Of a stretch of 64,000 nucleotides of DNA, positions 31,717-41,000 are shown in pieces. The notes under the pieces are model-generated. The model was not told where the DNA came from and did not search any database. It was given only the letters and a program-made list of their open reading frames with translations. The DNA is from an uncultured Micrococcales bacterium (GTDB taxonomy: Bacteria; Actinomycetota; Actinomycetes; Actinomycetales; Microbacteriaceae). Position 1 is the stretch's first letter, and the number at the start of each line of letters is the position of its first letter. The DNA lies in contig CAILJO010000082.1 in the NCBI GenBank assembly GCA_903834635.1, forward strand, positions 8,593 to 72,592, read 5' to 3'. The translations under genes and the position numbers were made by a program.

Positions 31717-32958
31717 ATGACTAAGAAACTCGTTGTCACCGGAGTGGGCGCTACTACGCCCCTCGGTGGTGACGTTGCCAGCACCTGGAAAGCTTTGCTC
31801 GAAGGCAAGTCTGGTATTTCTACTCTCGATAAAGACTGGATCGAGAAATACGAAGTACCGGTCACATTTGCGGGTCAAGCCGCCGTGCCGGCATCGGAGG
31901 TACTAACACTTCAAGAGACCAAGCGTCTCGACCCTTCAAGCCAGTTTGCTTTGATTGCAGCGCGCGAAGCGTGGGCAGATGCGGGTAGCCCCGAAGTTTC
32001 ACCAGAAAGGCTCTCAGTCGAGTTCTCAACCGGAATCGGCGGAGTTTGGACGCTGCTAGATGCTTTTGACACTCTCAAAGAGCGTGGCCCTCGTCGAGTG
32101 TTGCCAATGACGGTACCAATGCTTATGCCTAACGGACCTGCAGCGGCCGTAGGTATGGAGTTCGCGGCAAGAGGCGGAGTTAGAACCTCTGTTTCGGCAT
32201 GTGCGTCGTCAACCGAAGCCATTGCAAACGCGATTACTCGTCTTCAAAGTGGCGAAATCGATGTAGTCATTGCAGGTGGATGTGAAGCCGCAATCCACCC
32301 ACTGCCGGTCTCTGCATTTGCGGCGATGCACGCGCTATCGAAGCGAAATGATGAGCCAGAGAAGGCATCGCGCCCCTATGACGTCAACCGTGACGGTTTC
32401 GTAATGGGCGAAGGCGGTGCAGCTTTGATCATTGAAACCGAAGAGCACGCCAAGGCTCGCGGGGCAAGAATTTATGCAGAACTTGCTGGTGGAGCAGTAA
32501 CATCAGACGCTTATCACATCACCGCTCCAGACCCGGCGGGGTCGGGTGCCGCTAGAGCGATGCTCTCAACGCTCGAGCAAGCGGGAGCAACAATCGCAGA
32601 CGTTGTCCACATTAACGCGCACGCAACCTCAACCCCGGTCGGTGACATCGCAGAGTACAACGCACTTAGGCGAGTATTTGGCGATCACCTAGACAACATT
32701 GCCGTTACGGCGACAAAGTCTTCGACCGGTCATCTTCTGGGTGGAGCCGGCGCTGTAGAGGCGATATTTACTGTTTTGGCGATTCACGAGCGTGTTGTTC
32801 CGCCGACCATCAACCTCGACAACCCAGATCCTGAAATCAAACTAGATGTAGTCACGACACCACGAAAGCTTGCAGAAGGCCCGATACTGGCAATCAGCAA
32901 CTCTTTTGGTTTCGGCGGGCACAATGCCGTTGTGGCTTTCCGCAGCTACGAGGGCTAA
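31717..32958 (+). CDS. fabF: Beta-ketoacyl-ACP synthase II
   Basis: SACAS, NAHATST, KSSTGH, NSFGFGGHN. Confidence 0.97.
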   Translation: MTKKLVVTGVGATTPLGGDVASTWKALLEGKSGISTLDKDWIEKYEVPVTFAGQAAVPASEVLTLQETKRLDPSSQFALIAAREAWADAGSPEVSPERLSVEFSTGIGGVWTLLDAFDTLKERGPRRVLPMTVPMLMPNGPAAAVGMEFAARGGVRTSVSACASSTEAIANAITRLQSGEIDVVIAGGCEAAIHPLPVSAFAAMHALSKRNDEPEKASRPYDVNRDGFVMGEGGAALIIETEEHAKARGARIYAELAGGAVTSDAYHITAPDPAGSGAARAMLSTLEQAGATIADVVHINAHATSTPVGDIAEYNALRRVFGDHLDNIAVTATKSSTGHLLGGAGAVEAIFTVLAIHERVVPPTINLDNPDPEIKLDVVTTPRKLAEGPILAISNSFGFGGHNAVVAFRSYEG

Positions 32959-33437
32959 CCCACTCGAGGCAGCCGCATTCTTTGCGACATCTTTTGCTCT
33001 CTCAGTTCTTCGAATTCATCATCCCAATCGGACAGCATTAACTTTCTAAGCCTTCGCTCTAATTTCAGAACATTGTCTGAACAGTCTCGAACAAGTGCCG
33101 TCAGCTGGGACTCACCAATTAGATGATTGCCTGAAGCATCGATTTGCACACTCCCCAAACCCAGAACGGGCGACCACACCCATCTCTCACCGGTGAAATC
33201 TCGGTTTGGCAACAAGGTCATTTCGAACCTGAGCTGTGAGACTTTGGCCAACGAATCTAATAGTGCCATTGCTTTGCTGTACTCGATGGATAGTTCGACG
33301 GTTGCGGTGCTAACTTGCCCAACCTCTTGCCAGAACGGCGGTGTTAGACCGAATTCGGCTAGTCGATCGTCAACTTCTGCCCTAGATAGCGTGAAACAGG
33401 CGTGCACAACGAGCACACCATCTAAGTGTTGAGTCAA
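32955..33437 (-). CDS. Divergent DUF3145-like protein
   Basis: TTG start with SD GAAGGAGG; GVLVVH, LRFEMT, GERW..SP.LG, WDDEFEELR; convergent on fabF as is usual for DUF3145. Confidence 0.65.
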   Translation of the reverse strand: MTQHLDGVLVVHACFTLSRAEVDDRLAEFGLTPPFWQEVGQVSTATVELSIEYSKAMALLDSLAKVSQLRFEMTLLPNRDFTGERWVWSPVLGLGSVQIDASGNHLIGESQLTALVRDCSDNVLKLERRLRKLMLSDWDDEFEELREQKMSQRMRLPRVG

Positions 33438-33563
33438 CGCACACACCTCCTTCGATCCGGTACGTCTTCCCCTACGACCAAATCCACGATGTGTGAGCAT
33501 TTAGATTACGCCCGTGCAGAAACTCTGTCAAAGCCTTGTATCTTGGTTTACGAAGGAGTTTCT

Positions 33564-34178
33564 GTGGCAAAACTATATTTCCGACATGGCGCAATGAACT
33601 CGGGCAAGAGCACTGCACTATTGCAGGTAGCTCACAACTACGAAGAACGTGGTCAGTCTGTCATCCTTGCAAAACCAAACACCGACAGCAAAGGCGAGGA
33701 TGCTGTTGTCTCGAGGCTAGGAGTTGAGAGACCAGTGGACCTCTTGGTGGCTCCAGAGGACAACCTGCGTGCAGTTTTCACTCGCCTCGTGTCAGAACGT
33801 TCCGAGCGCACGAGTTCAAGAATCGCCTGTCTGCTAATCGATGAGGCTCAGTTTCTGACACGCGAACAGGTCAACCAAGCCTTCGAAATTGCCGTGCTCG
33901 ATGACGTTCCAGTTCTTGGTTATGGAATACGCACAGATTTTCAAACTCGGGGCTTTCCTGGTTCCATTCGCCTGCTTGAGATTGCGCACAGCTTGGAAGA
34001 GTTGAAAACAATTTGTCGTTGCGGCAAAAAAGCCATGTTTAATGCTCGCAAAGCCGGCGGACGGTTCATTTTCAAGGGCGACCAAGTAGCGATCGACGGC
34101 GATGCAGTGACTTATGAATCACTTTGCCCAAGCTGCTATTTCAAGGAATGTGAAAAGGTTGGCGCGGACCCGCTATAA
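33564..34178 (+). CDS. tdk: Thymidine kinase
   Basis: GTG start after AAGGAG; GAMNSGKS, LIDEAQF, YGIRTDF, CRCG, YESLC. Confidence 0.95.
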   Translation: MAKLYFRHGAMNSGKSTALLQVAHNYEERGQSVILAKPNTDSKGEDAVVSRLGVERPVDLLVAPEDNLRAVFTRLVSERSERTSSRIACLLIDEAQFLTREQVNQAFEIAVLDDVPVLGYGIRTDFQTRGFPGSIRLLEIAHSLEELKTICRCGKKAMFNARKAGGRFIFKGDQVAIDGDAVTYESLCPSCYFKECEKVGADPL

Positions 34179-35646
34179 AAACGCAGTCGTGTGGACTGGG
34201 TTCGGCAATCCCTTGGCCGATGTGCTGACAATTGGCGACGACCGAATCATCTCAAACGATTCCGAAGTTGATTTTGAAATTGATTGCGGTGGCAGGGCAA
34301 TATTGCCGGCATTTATCGACGGGCACAGCCATCCGAGCATTGTCGCAAAATCATCTCTGGGGCCAGACGTAACCCACTGTAAGTCGATTGGCGAAGTGGT
34401 CGAATGCGTCTCGAATTGGATTGCCGCCAACCCGAGTGCAAAATGGGCCGTCGGAGGCTCCTACGACCGTTCTATGGCACCTGGCGGGTTGTTTCGAGCC
34501 AAGTGGCTTGACGATGCATCCTTGACCGTACCCATCGTTTTGCATGCAAGCGATCAACACACGATTTGGGTAAACACCGCTGCTCTAACCAAGGTTGAGC
34601 TTCCAGATAGCCTGCCGCCAGGCGTTGAGATAGGCGAAGATGGGCGTCCAACTGGAATGTTCTTCGAATCCGAGGCCAAAAATCTGATCCTTGATGCTGT
34701 GCCTGCTCAACAAGAGGCTGAACTTGTGGCATCGGTCGAAAGACAACTGGAGCATTTGCTCAGCTTGGGCGTAATAGCAACACTTGACGCATGGGGCGAT
34801 GACTCGAGTGAGAGTATTTTTGATCAAGTCCGCTCCCCCGTGCGCATGGAACGCGCAATCGCCATCCATCCAGGCAAGTGGCGAAGTCTAAGTTCGGTTC
34901 GTACCGCAAAGTTTTTTGTTGATGGCGTTCTAGGCGCTAAAACTGCACTGGTGACCGAGCCATACGTCACCGATCATTCTCACGGAAATTCATTCTGGGA
35001 TATGTCAGAACTGCTTGAGGCGCTAACTCATTTCAATGAGCTCGGATGCCGATTGCACTTGCATGCCATTGGCGACGGCGGAGTTCAGATTGTTATCGAC
35101 GAACTAAGGACCTTGGGCTCGACAAAATATCCCGCAACAATAGCCCATGCCGAACTCTTGCTAGATGACCAGATCACCGCCTTGTCTGAGCTATCGGTAT
35201 TTGTCTGTGCCCAACCACTCTGGGCTAGAGTCGACTCGCTTTCGGTGGGGGCCTTAGAAAACCTCGGAACATTGCGATCATCCAAGCTTTACCGTCACAA
35301 AGACCTTCTTAACGCAAATGGTTTGCTCAGCTTCGGAAGCGACTGGCCGGTTTCAAGCCCGAACCCACTGCTTGGTTTATTCACGGCCATTTATCGATGC
35401 GAGCCCGGGTCAGAGGCAACATTAAACATCGATCAGTCGATATCTATTCACGAAGCCATTCGGGCTTACACCGAAACCCCCGCAAGGCAACTTGGGTTTG
35501 AACGAGTTGGAAGGCTAGAAATTGGCTACAGTGCCGATTTTGTCATGCTCAGCGGAAATCCATTCATCGATAACGGCAAGTCGCTACCTAGCCTTTTTGT
35601 CGATCAAACGATAAGCGGCGGGCAAACACTGTTCACCCGCCGCTAA
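34159..35646 (+). CDS. Metal-dependent amidohydrolase (YtcJ-like, amidohydro_3)
   Basis: FIDGHSH, KFFVDG, HAIGD, AHAE, FGSDWP; start uncertain (34114, 34150 or 34159). Confidence 0.85.
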   Translation: MARTRYKNAVVWTGFGNPLADVLTIGDDRIISNDSEVDFEIDCGGRAILPAFIDGHSHPSIVAKSSLGPDVTHCKSIGEVVECVSNWIAANPSAKWAVGGSYDRSMAPGGLFRAKWLDDASLTVPIVLHASDQHTIWVNTAALTKVELPDSLPPGVEIGEDGRPTGMFFESEAKNLILDAVPAQQEAELVASVERQLEHLLSLGVIATLDAWGDDSSESIFDQVRSPVRMERAIAIHPGKWRSLSSVRTAKFFVDGVLGAKTALVTEPYVTDHSHGNSFWDMSELLEALTHFNELGCRLHLHAIGDGGVQIVIDELRTLGSTKYPATIAHAELLLDDQITALSELSVFVCAQPLWARVDSLSVGALENLGTLRSSKLYRHKDLLNANGLLSFGSDWPVSSPNPLLGLFTAIYRCEPGSEATLNIDQSISIHEAIRAYTETPARQLGFERVGRLEIGYSADFVMLSGNPFIDNGKSLPSLFVDQTISGGQTLFTRR

Positions 35647-35657
35647 ATCTCGCTTTT

Positions 35658-38357
35658 TTACTTGTGCAGAACCAAGGTTGATCGGGCAGGCACTGAAACA
35701 CTCTTGCCTTTGAACTTGGTTAGCGTCGTGACGCCAGCCTTGTCGTCCTTGACCACGACGTACCAAGTTGTGCTAACTGGCAGTGTGATCGTTTTTGCAA
35801 CGGTGGCTGGGTTGTGTGACACCACGATCGTTGACCAAGAGTCGCCAACTGCAGCACCGTTTAGTGAGTAGGTGATTACTCCTGTTGCGTTCTCGGCCGA
35901 GATCTTTAGATCAGCTCGAACATCGGCCGTAGTGGCCATACGGAAGGCGGGGTGCGCCTTTCGGAGTGCCAGCAGACCCGTGTAGTACTTCAGAGTCGTC
36001 GAGTACGTGTCGAGCTGCTTGTAACGCAACATGTTCACGAGGTCACCTGAAGAGTATGAGTTGTCATCACCGTTCTTGGTGCGCTCCCACTCCTGGCCAG
36101 CCTGCATAAATGGCATACCCTGAGCCAACAGGTCGATAGACCCAGCGAATCGCTGAAGTCGCGAACGAACGGTTTGGCTTCCGCCGACAGACGCCGAAAT
36201 CTTGTCTGCCAGAGTGAGATTGTCGTGAGCTTCGATGTAGTTGACCGACTGGCCTGGATCGTTTGTTGTCCAGTTAGGGCTCACCAATGCGCTGTAGGCA
36301 ACATTTCCGGTGATGCCAGCAAGAACATCGTTGCGACGACCTGAGTTGCCGGTCGCCCAACCCTTCTCAGAGGCACTAAAGACCGAACCCTTGATTCCAT
36401 CGCGGATTTGGTCATTGAACGCAGCGATTCCATCGAGGTTGCCAATGTTCACCTGCGAGGCGCGCTGTGCCTCAGGAAGTCCGCCCATGTTCCAGCCTTC
36501 GCCAAGAACGATGATGGTTGGATCAACCGTGTCTAGTGCGTCGCGAACCTGCTGCATGGTAGTCACATCGAGGATGCCCATTAGGTCGAAACGGAAGCCA
36601 TCGAGGTGGTACTGGCTGGCCCAGTATTTAACGGAATCAACAATAAACTTGCGCACCATCGGGCGTTCAGATGCTGTTTCGTTTCCACATCCGGTTCCAT
36701 TTAGCAAGGTTCCAGTGTCGTCACGACGGAAGAAATAACCTGGAGTGATCTGCTCCATCGAGAAACTGCTTGCGTTTGCAACGTGGTTATAAACAACGTC
36801 CATGATTACTCGAAGACCTTGGTCGTGCAGGTTTTGAACTGCTGCCTTCAGGTCAGTGATGCGAGAAGTTGGGTTGGCTGGGTCAGAGGCATAAGCGCCT
36901 TCTGGCACGTTGTAGTTTTGCGGGTCATAACCCCAGTTGAAGGTCGGCGCAGCTTCGTCACCACCAGACGCGTAGTCATAAATCGGCAACAACTGAACAT
37001 GGGTAACACCCAGAGCCTTGATCGCCGCAACACCGGTCTTGACGGTGTGATTGGTTATAACTTTCTTCTTGGTCTTCGGATTAGTTGAAGTCGTTGACCA
37101 CGTGTAACTGGTGTTGTTGTCAGTAAAGGCCTTGAACTTGCCTCGGTCTGCAGCTGGAATGCCGCTTGAAACATCCTTGGAGAAGTCGCGGACGTGCACC
37201 TCGTAGATTGATGCATCGACATTGCGTCCACTGAAAGTCGGTTTGTCGGTGGTCCAACGTGATGGGTCGGTGCCAGGAAGGTCAACTACTACGCCACGCC
37301 CACCGTTGATTACAACTGCGTGAGCGTAAGGGTCAGTTGCGATAACAGTTTCACCGTTTCTGGTTACTTGGTAGTTGTAGATCAGGCCCTTCTGATCTCC
37401 GCTAACCGAAAGCGTCCAGGTGCCGTTCTCGGCGCGAGTCATCGGAGTGATTGTTGCCTGAGCGGCTGGCTGCGTGGCCGAGCTGTAACTGACTAGGTTT
37501 ACGGCTGAGGCAATTGGCGCCCAAACACGGAAGTCGGTCTGCCCAGCACTGTACGTAGCACCTAGGTCGTTGCCGGTATAGGTGTATAAGGAGTTGAAAC
37601 CTGAACTGTTCATGACATTTCCGACAGAAACAGGGAACGAACCAAATGTGTGGTCAGCATCGGCACCAGTTTGCGTGAGCGTGTAACTAGTTCCGAATGG
37701 AATATCCGCTGTGGTTGTGATGGTGACCGATGAAGCTGAAGATTGGGTTCCGATAATCGGTGTAACGCTCGCTATTTCTAGGCCACCGTCAAGGCTGAAT
37801 CCGCCGTTGGGTCTCGCTGTTAGGTCGAGGTTTTGGTTCAAATAGACAGTTATTTTGTTTAGATCGTCGATGGCAGCAAAAGTTATCTTCGGGGTTGGCG
37901 CGGCAACATTTTGTTCAGTCGTATAAATGGTGCAATCGCCTTGGATGATCCAAATTTCAGCGTTTCCAGCATTATCTGGTGAAAGAAATCTGTCACCGTT
38001 GCTGGTTGGACCACAGGTGGTTCCTTCTTTCGAAACCCAGGCACCCTTGCGGATAATCCAACCTAGGTCTTTGAAACCGGTCATACCAGTGATATCCGCC
38101 GTAGAAATGGCACCAAACGAGTCGTTGCCCGAGAAGGCAAACCCGGCTGCGGCAACTTCTTTGTCGCCAGCGCCATCCATGTTTTTCCAGTAGTAGACAT
38201 TCCACGTTGCGTAGTCGGCGTTGGTGCGGTTGTAGTGAACAATAACGTGCACAGAATCAGGAAATGCGAGAGCCGGCGATTGCCCGCCCGTAATTCCTGC
38301 TACGAGGATGCCGACTGAAAGCAATCCACCGAAAATTTTGCGAAGCAACTTGGTCAT
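35658..38357 (-). CDS. pulA: Secreted type I pullulanase (GH13) with signal peptide, CBM41-like and CBM48 modules
   Basis: Signal peptide ending PALA; VHYNR..ADY..WNV; FRVWAP; FNWGYDP, DVVYNH, GFRFDLMG, GEGW, EAHDN. Confidence 0.92.
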   Translation of the reverse strand: MTKLLRKIFGGLLSVGILVAGITGGQSPALAFPDSVHVIVHYNRTNADYATWNVYYWKNMDGAGDKEVAAAGFAFSGNDSFGAISTADITGMTGFKDLGWIIRKGAWVSKEGTTCGPTSNGDRFLSPDNAGNAEIWIIQGDCTIYTTEQNVAAPTPKITFAAIDDLNKITVYLNQNLDLTARPNGGFSLDGGLEIASVTPIIGTQSSASSVTITTTADIPFGTSYTLTQTGADADHTFGSFPVSVGNVMNSSGFNSLYTYTGNDLGATYSAGQTDFRVWAPIASAVNLVSYSSATQPAAQATITPMTRAENGTWTLSVSGDQKGLIYNYQVTRNGETVIATDPYAHAVVINGGRGVVVDLPGTDPSRWTTDKPTFSGRNVDASIYEVHVRDFSKDVSSGIPAADRGKFKAFTDNNTSYTWSTTSTNPKTKKKVITNHTVKTGVAAIKALGVTHVQLLPIYDYASGGDEAAPTFNWGYDPQNYNVPEGAYASDPANPTSRITDLKAAVQNLHDQGLRVIMDVVYNHVANASSFSMEQITPGYFFRRDDTGTLLNGTGCGNETASERPMVRKFIVDSVKYWASQYHLDGFRFDLMGILDVTTMQQVRDALDTVDPTIIVLGEGWNMGGLPEAQRASQVNIGNLDGIAAFNDQIRDGIKGSVFSASEKGWATGNSGRRNDVLAGITGNVAYSALVSPNWTTNDPGQSVNYIEAHDNLTLADKISASVGGSQTVRSRLQRFAGSIDLLAQGMPFMQAGQEWERTKNGDDNSYSSGDLVNMLRYKQLDTYSTTLKYYTGLLALRKAHPAFRMATTADVRADLKISAENATGVITYSLNGAAVGDSWSTIVVSHNPATVAKTITLPVSTTWYVVVKDDKAGVTTLTKFKGKSVSVPARSTLVLHK

Positions 38358-38510
38358 GAAATGAAACTCCCTGATGATTTAGTTACTTTAAACCTAGGCG
38401 TCGGCTCTTGATTCAGCCTCCGTCTTGGCGTTGTCAGGGGCTTGATGTTACTCAAATGTGATAAACCTTGCCTGCGAAATACAGGCGGCTGGCTTCAATA
38501 AATCGGGAAA

Positions 38511-38587
38511 TGGTAGGGAGTACGGGACTTGAACCCGTGACCGACGGATTATGAGTCCGCTGCTCTAACCGGCTGAGCTAACTCCCC
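38511..38587 (-). tRNA. tRNA with CAT anticodon, most likely tRNA-Ile2 (lysidine-modified)
   Basis: GGGGAGTTAGCTCAGCCGGTTAGAGCA-GCGGA-CTCATAA-TCCGT...GGTTCAAGTCCC...ACCA; lacks initiator features (no C1:A72 mismatch, no 3 consecutive G:C pairs in the anticodon stem). Confidence 0.9.
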
Positions 38588-38600
38588 CAGTTCTAATAGC

Positions 38601-40058
38601 CTATCGGTCGTGGCGCCTGAACCGTTCCAGCGCCTTGGCGAAGGTCTTTTCAACGTTTTTTCTGGCCTTGGCACTGCGAGTTGCAACTTCAAAACCGATT
38701 TCTTCGAACCGCTCCACAACCTCACCCCTAGCATCGGAAAGGCGCTCTAAAACGCCATCTCGCAGCCCCTGTGCAGCCTCACGGAAGTTCTTGGCTGCAG
38801 CCCGCAGAGATTCGACCTGCACCTGATTCTCGCCGATAGGCGAGGTGTAGTCCGCAAGATTGTCATCGGTCGAAGGCAAACCAGTAGTCTCACCGCGATA
38901 GACCTGTTCAAAGATGTCTAGCGTGCGATCGATGTCGTGGCTCTTAATGAGGTGCAAAGAATTATTTGCCCATCGATCCAACTGAGTTTGTGTCGCCTCG
39001 AAAACCTGGGTCAATCTGGCTGTCAAGGTCTTGACATCTTCTGGCTCGAAAAGAAATCCATTTTCGCCATCGTGAACCAAATGCGGAAGCGCTGCTGCAT
39101 TTGCACCAATAACCGGCCTGCCACTCGCCATTGCCTCCATGGTGGCAATTGACTGAAGCTCAGCGATTGACGGCATGACGAAAACTGTCGCACGCTCATA
39201 GGCCTCGCGAAGTTCTTGCTCGGTAACGTGACCCTTAAAGATGACTCGGTCTCTAATCTTCAACTCGTCGGCCCAGCGTTCCAGATTCTCCCGCTCGCCG
39301 CCATCGCCTACCAATTCGAGGACCGCATCGAGCTGCTTAGGCAAAGCAGCGAATGCTTCAATGAGAACGTGGATGTGTTTCTCATAGTCGAGACGACCCA
39401 CAAAAAGGGCCCTTGGGGAGGCATTTGAAACTCTAGAAGCATGAGCAAACTGTTTGGCGTCAATACCGCAAGAGATTGCAATGACGCCGGTGATGTCCGT
39501 GTGAGCCTCAAGAATCTCGGCGGCTTTGCGAGTTGGAGTAGTGATGATCGAGGCTCGCTTGAGAATCTTCGCTGCATCTGCCCAGGCCCACTTCATGGCT
39601 AGCTTTTCGGCAAACTTTGGAATGAGTACCGAGTAACGAATCAAATTCTCAGGCATGGTGTGATTCGTTGCAATCAATCTGATGCCCTGCTTTAAAGCGC
39701 TCTTAGAAAGGTACCTTCCGACCACGACGTGAGACTGAATGTGGACCACATCGGGCTTGATTACTTCCAAGAGATGATCTGCTCGGCTTTGCAACGTGAA
39801 AGGCCAAACAAACCGAAGAGTTTTATGCTGAGGAAGGCGATAGGACTTGAGCCGGTGAACAACGATAGGAACACCATTGTGAACTTCGCGATATGTTCCG
39901 TACCCTTTGTTGACCGACGGTGCAATGATGTGCAGTTCGTGCCCGCGTGCGGCTAATCCGGATGCGAGCCTTTCGGCAAATCTCGCAGCACCGTTGATGT
40001 CCGGTGGAAAAGTATCGCAGCCCAGAACGACCACCAGTGGTTTGGTTGCCTTAGCCAT
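38601..40058 (-). CDS. Family 4 glycosyltransferase with C-terminal amphipathic extension
   Basis: DTFPPDINGA, HIQS, FVGRLDYEK, ELQSIATMEAMASG (EX7E). Confidence 0.9.
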   Translation of the reverse strand: MAKATKPLVVVLGCDTFPPDINGAARFAERLASGLAARGHELHIIAPSVNKGYGTYREVHNGVPIVVHRLKSYRLPQHKTLRFVWPFTLQSRADHLLEVIKPDVVHIQSHVVVGRYLSKSALKQGIRLIATNHTMPENLIRYSVLIPKFAEKLAMKWAWADAAKILKRASIITTPTRKAAEILEAHTDITGVIAISCGIDAKQFAHASRVSNASPRALFVGRLDYEKHIHVLIEAFAALPKQLDAVLELVGDGGERENLERWADELKIRDRVIFKGHVTEQELREAYERATVFVMPSIAELQSIATMEAMASGRPVIGANAAALPHLVHDGENGFLFEPEDVKTLTARLTQVFEATQTQLDRWANNSLHLIKSHDIDRTLDIFEQVYRGETTGLPSTDDNLADYTSPIGENQVQVESLRAAAKNFREAAQGLRDGVLERLSDARGEVVERFEEIGFEVATRSAKARKNVEKTFAKALERFRRHDR

Positions 40059-40920
40059 GGTCTTCCACCAACTCAGGGTGAACCTTTGACAGCGTCCAAA
40101 CGCCGATCACAGCAACGATTGCAGAACTAATAAAAATCAGCAGAGTTATCGGATTTGCTTGTTGAGCTTCACCCAAAATTACGATTCCCAGACAAACGGC
40201 AACCATTGGGTCAACCACGGTTAGGCCCGCAATCACAAGATCGGGTGGTCCTGATGCATAGGCGTTCTGAACGAACCAACCGCCTAGTAAAACTGCGCAG
40301 GCCGTGATGACGGCACAAACCAAGGTAAGCAAAGAGAAATCGCCCTGAATGATTCTTTGGACCACAGCTTTTATGAGCGAGGCGACAAATCCGTAGAGCA
40401 CGCCGGCACCCAAGATGAAGCTGATCGCTTTGGCTTTTTTGCCTATGGTGAAGAACAAAACCGAGAAAACCGCGACAATCACCGAAAGCACGATGAGAAT
40501 CTGCCAAAGATTTGAGTCGTCAAGTTTGACCTCAGCTGCCACGGAGCTGGCCACACTTACAAAAGCAGCAATACCGAACGTGCACAGGGAGATTGCAATC
40601 CAAGTTGCACGGTTTATCGAAGTCTTGGTCGCTCTGGCGTTCAAGAGCGAGGTGATCACCAACGCGATTCCACCGAGCGGCTGCACAACGATAAGTGGCG
40701 CAAGGGTCAACGCACTTATTTGCAGAACGGCACCACCAGCAAGAAGAGACATTCCGGTTAGCCAACGGGGCTTGGCAAACAGACTTAGAACCTGACGCAA
40801 TCCAACCTTGGTCTTGTCTTCGTCGGTTTTCTTTACAACGGAATCATTTTGAAACTGTGCGCCGAAAGCAAGAGCGACAGCCGCCAGCAATGACAAGCAA
40901 ATGGCTAGCGCGCGCAACAT
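40051..40920 (-). CDS. DMT-superfamily membrane protein
   Basis: About 9 TM segments; ALTLAPLIVVQPLG, QNAYASGPPDLVIAGLTVVDP. Confidence 0.8.
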   Translation of the reverse strand: MLRALAICLSLLAAVALAFGAQFQNDSVVKKTDEDKTKVGLRQVLSLFAKPRWLTGMSLLAGGAVLQISALTLAPLIVVQPLGGIALVITSLLNARATKTSINRATWIAISLCTFGIAAFVSVASSVAAEVKLDDSNLWQILIVLSVIVAVFSVLFFTIGKKAKAISFILGAGVLYGFVASLIKAVVQRIIQGDFSLLTLVCAVITACAVLLGGWFVQNAYASGPPDLVIAGLTVVDPMVAVCLGIVILGEAQQANPITLLIFISSAIVAVIGVWTLSKVHPELVEDHG

Positions 40921-41000
40921 TCGAGGTCCTGAATGGTCAACATTAGGTCTCTAGCCTACCGAACGGGTGTCATTTGGGCCTGAACCTGTAAATTTGTTTC

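Noticed and set aside
38390..38440. Resemblance of GCCGACGCCUAGG to the 3' part of a ZTP riboswitch
   Set aside because: The required 5' GACUGGCG element is absent and the gene context does not fit
40905..40943. Upstream ATG (MLTIQDLE...) out of frame with the DMT gene, suggesting a third frameshift or a uORF
   Set aside because: The ATG at 40920 has its own AGGA SD at normal spacing and yields a complete protein; cannot be supported without reads or homologues
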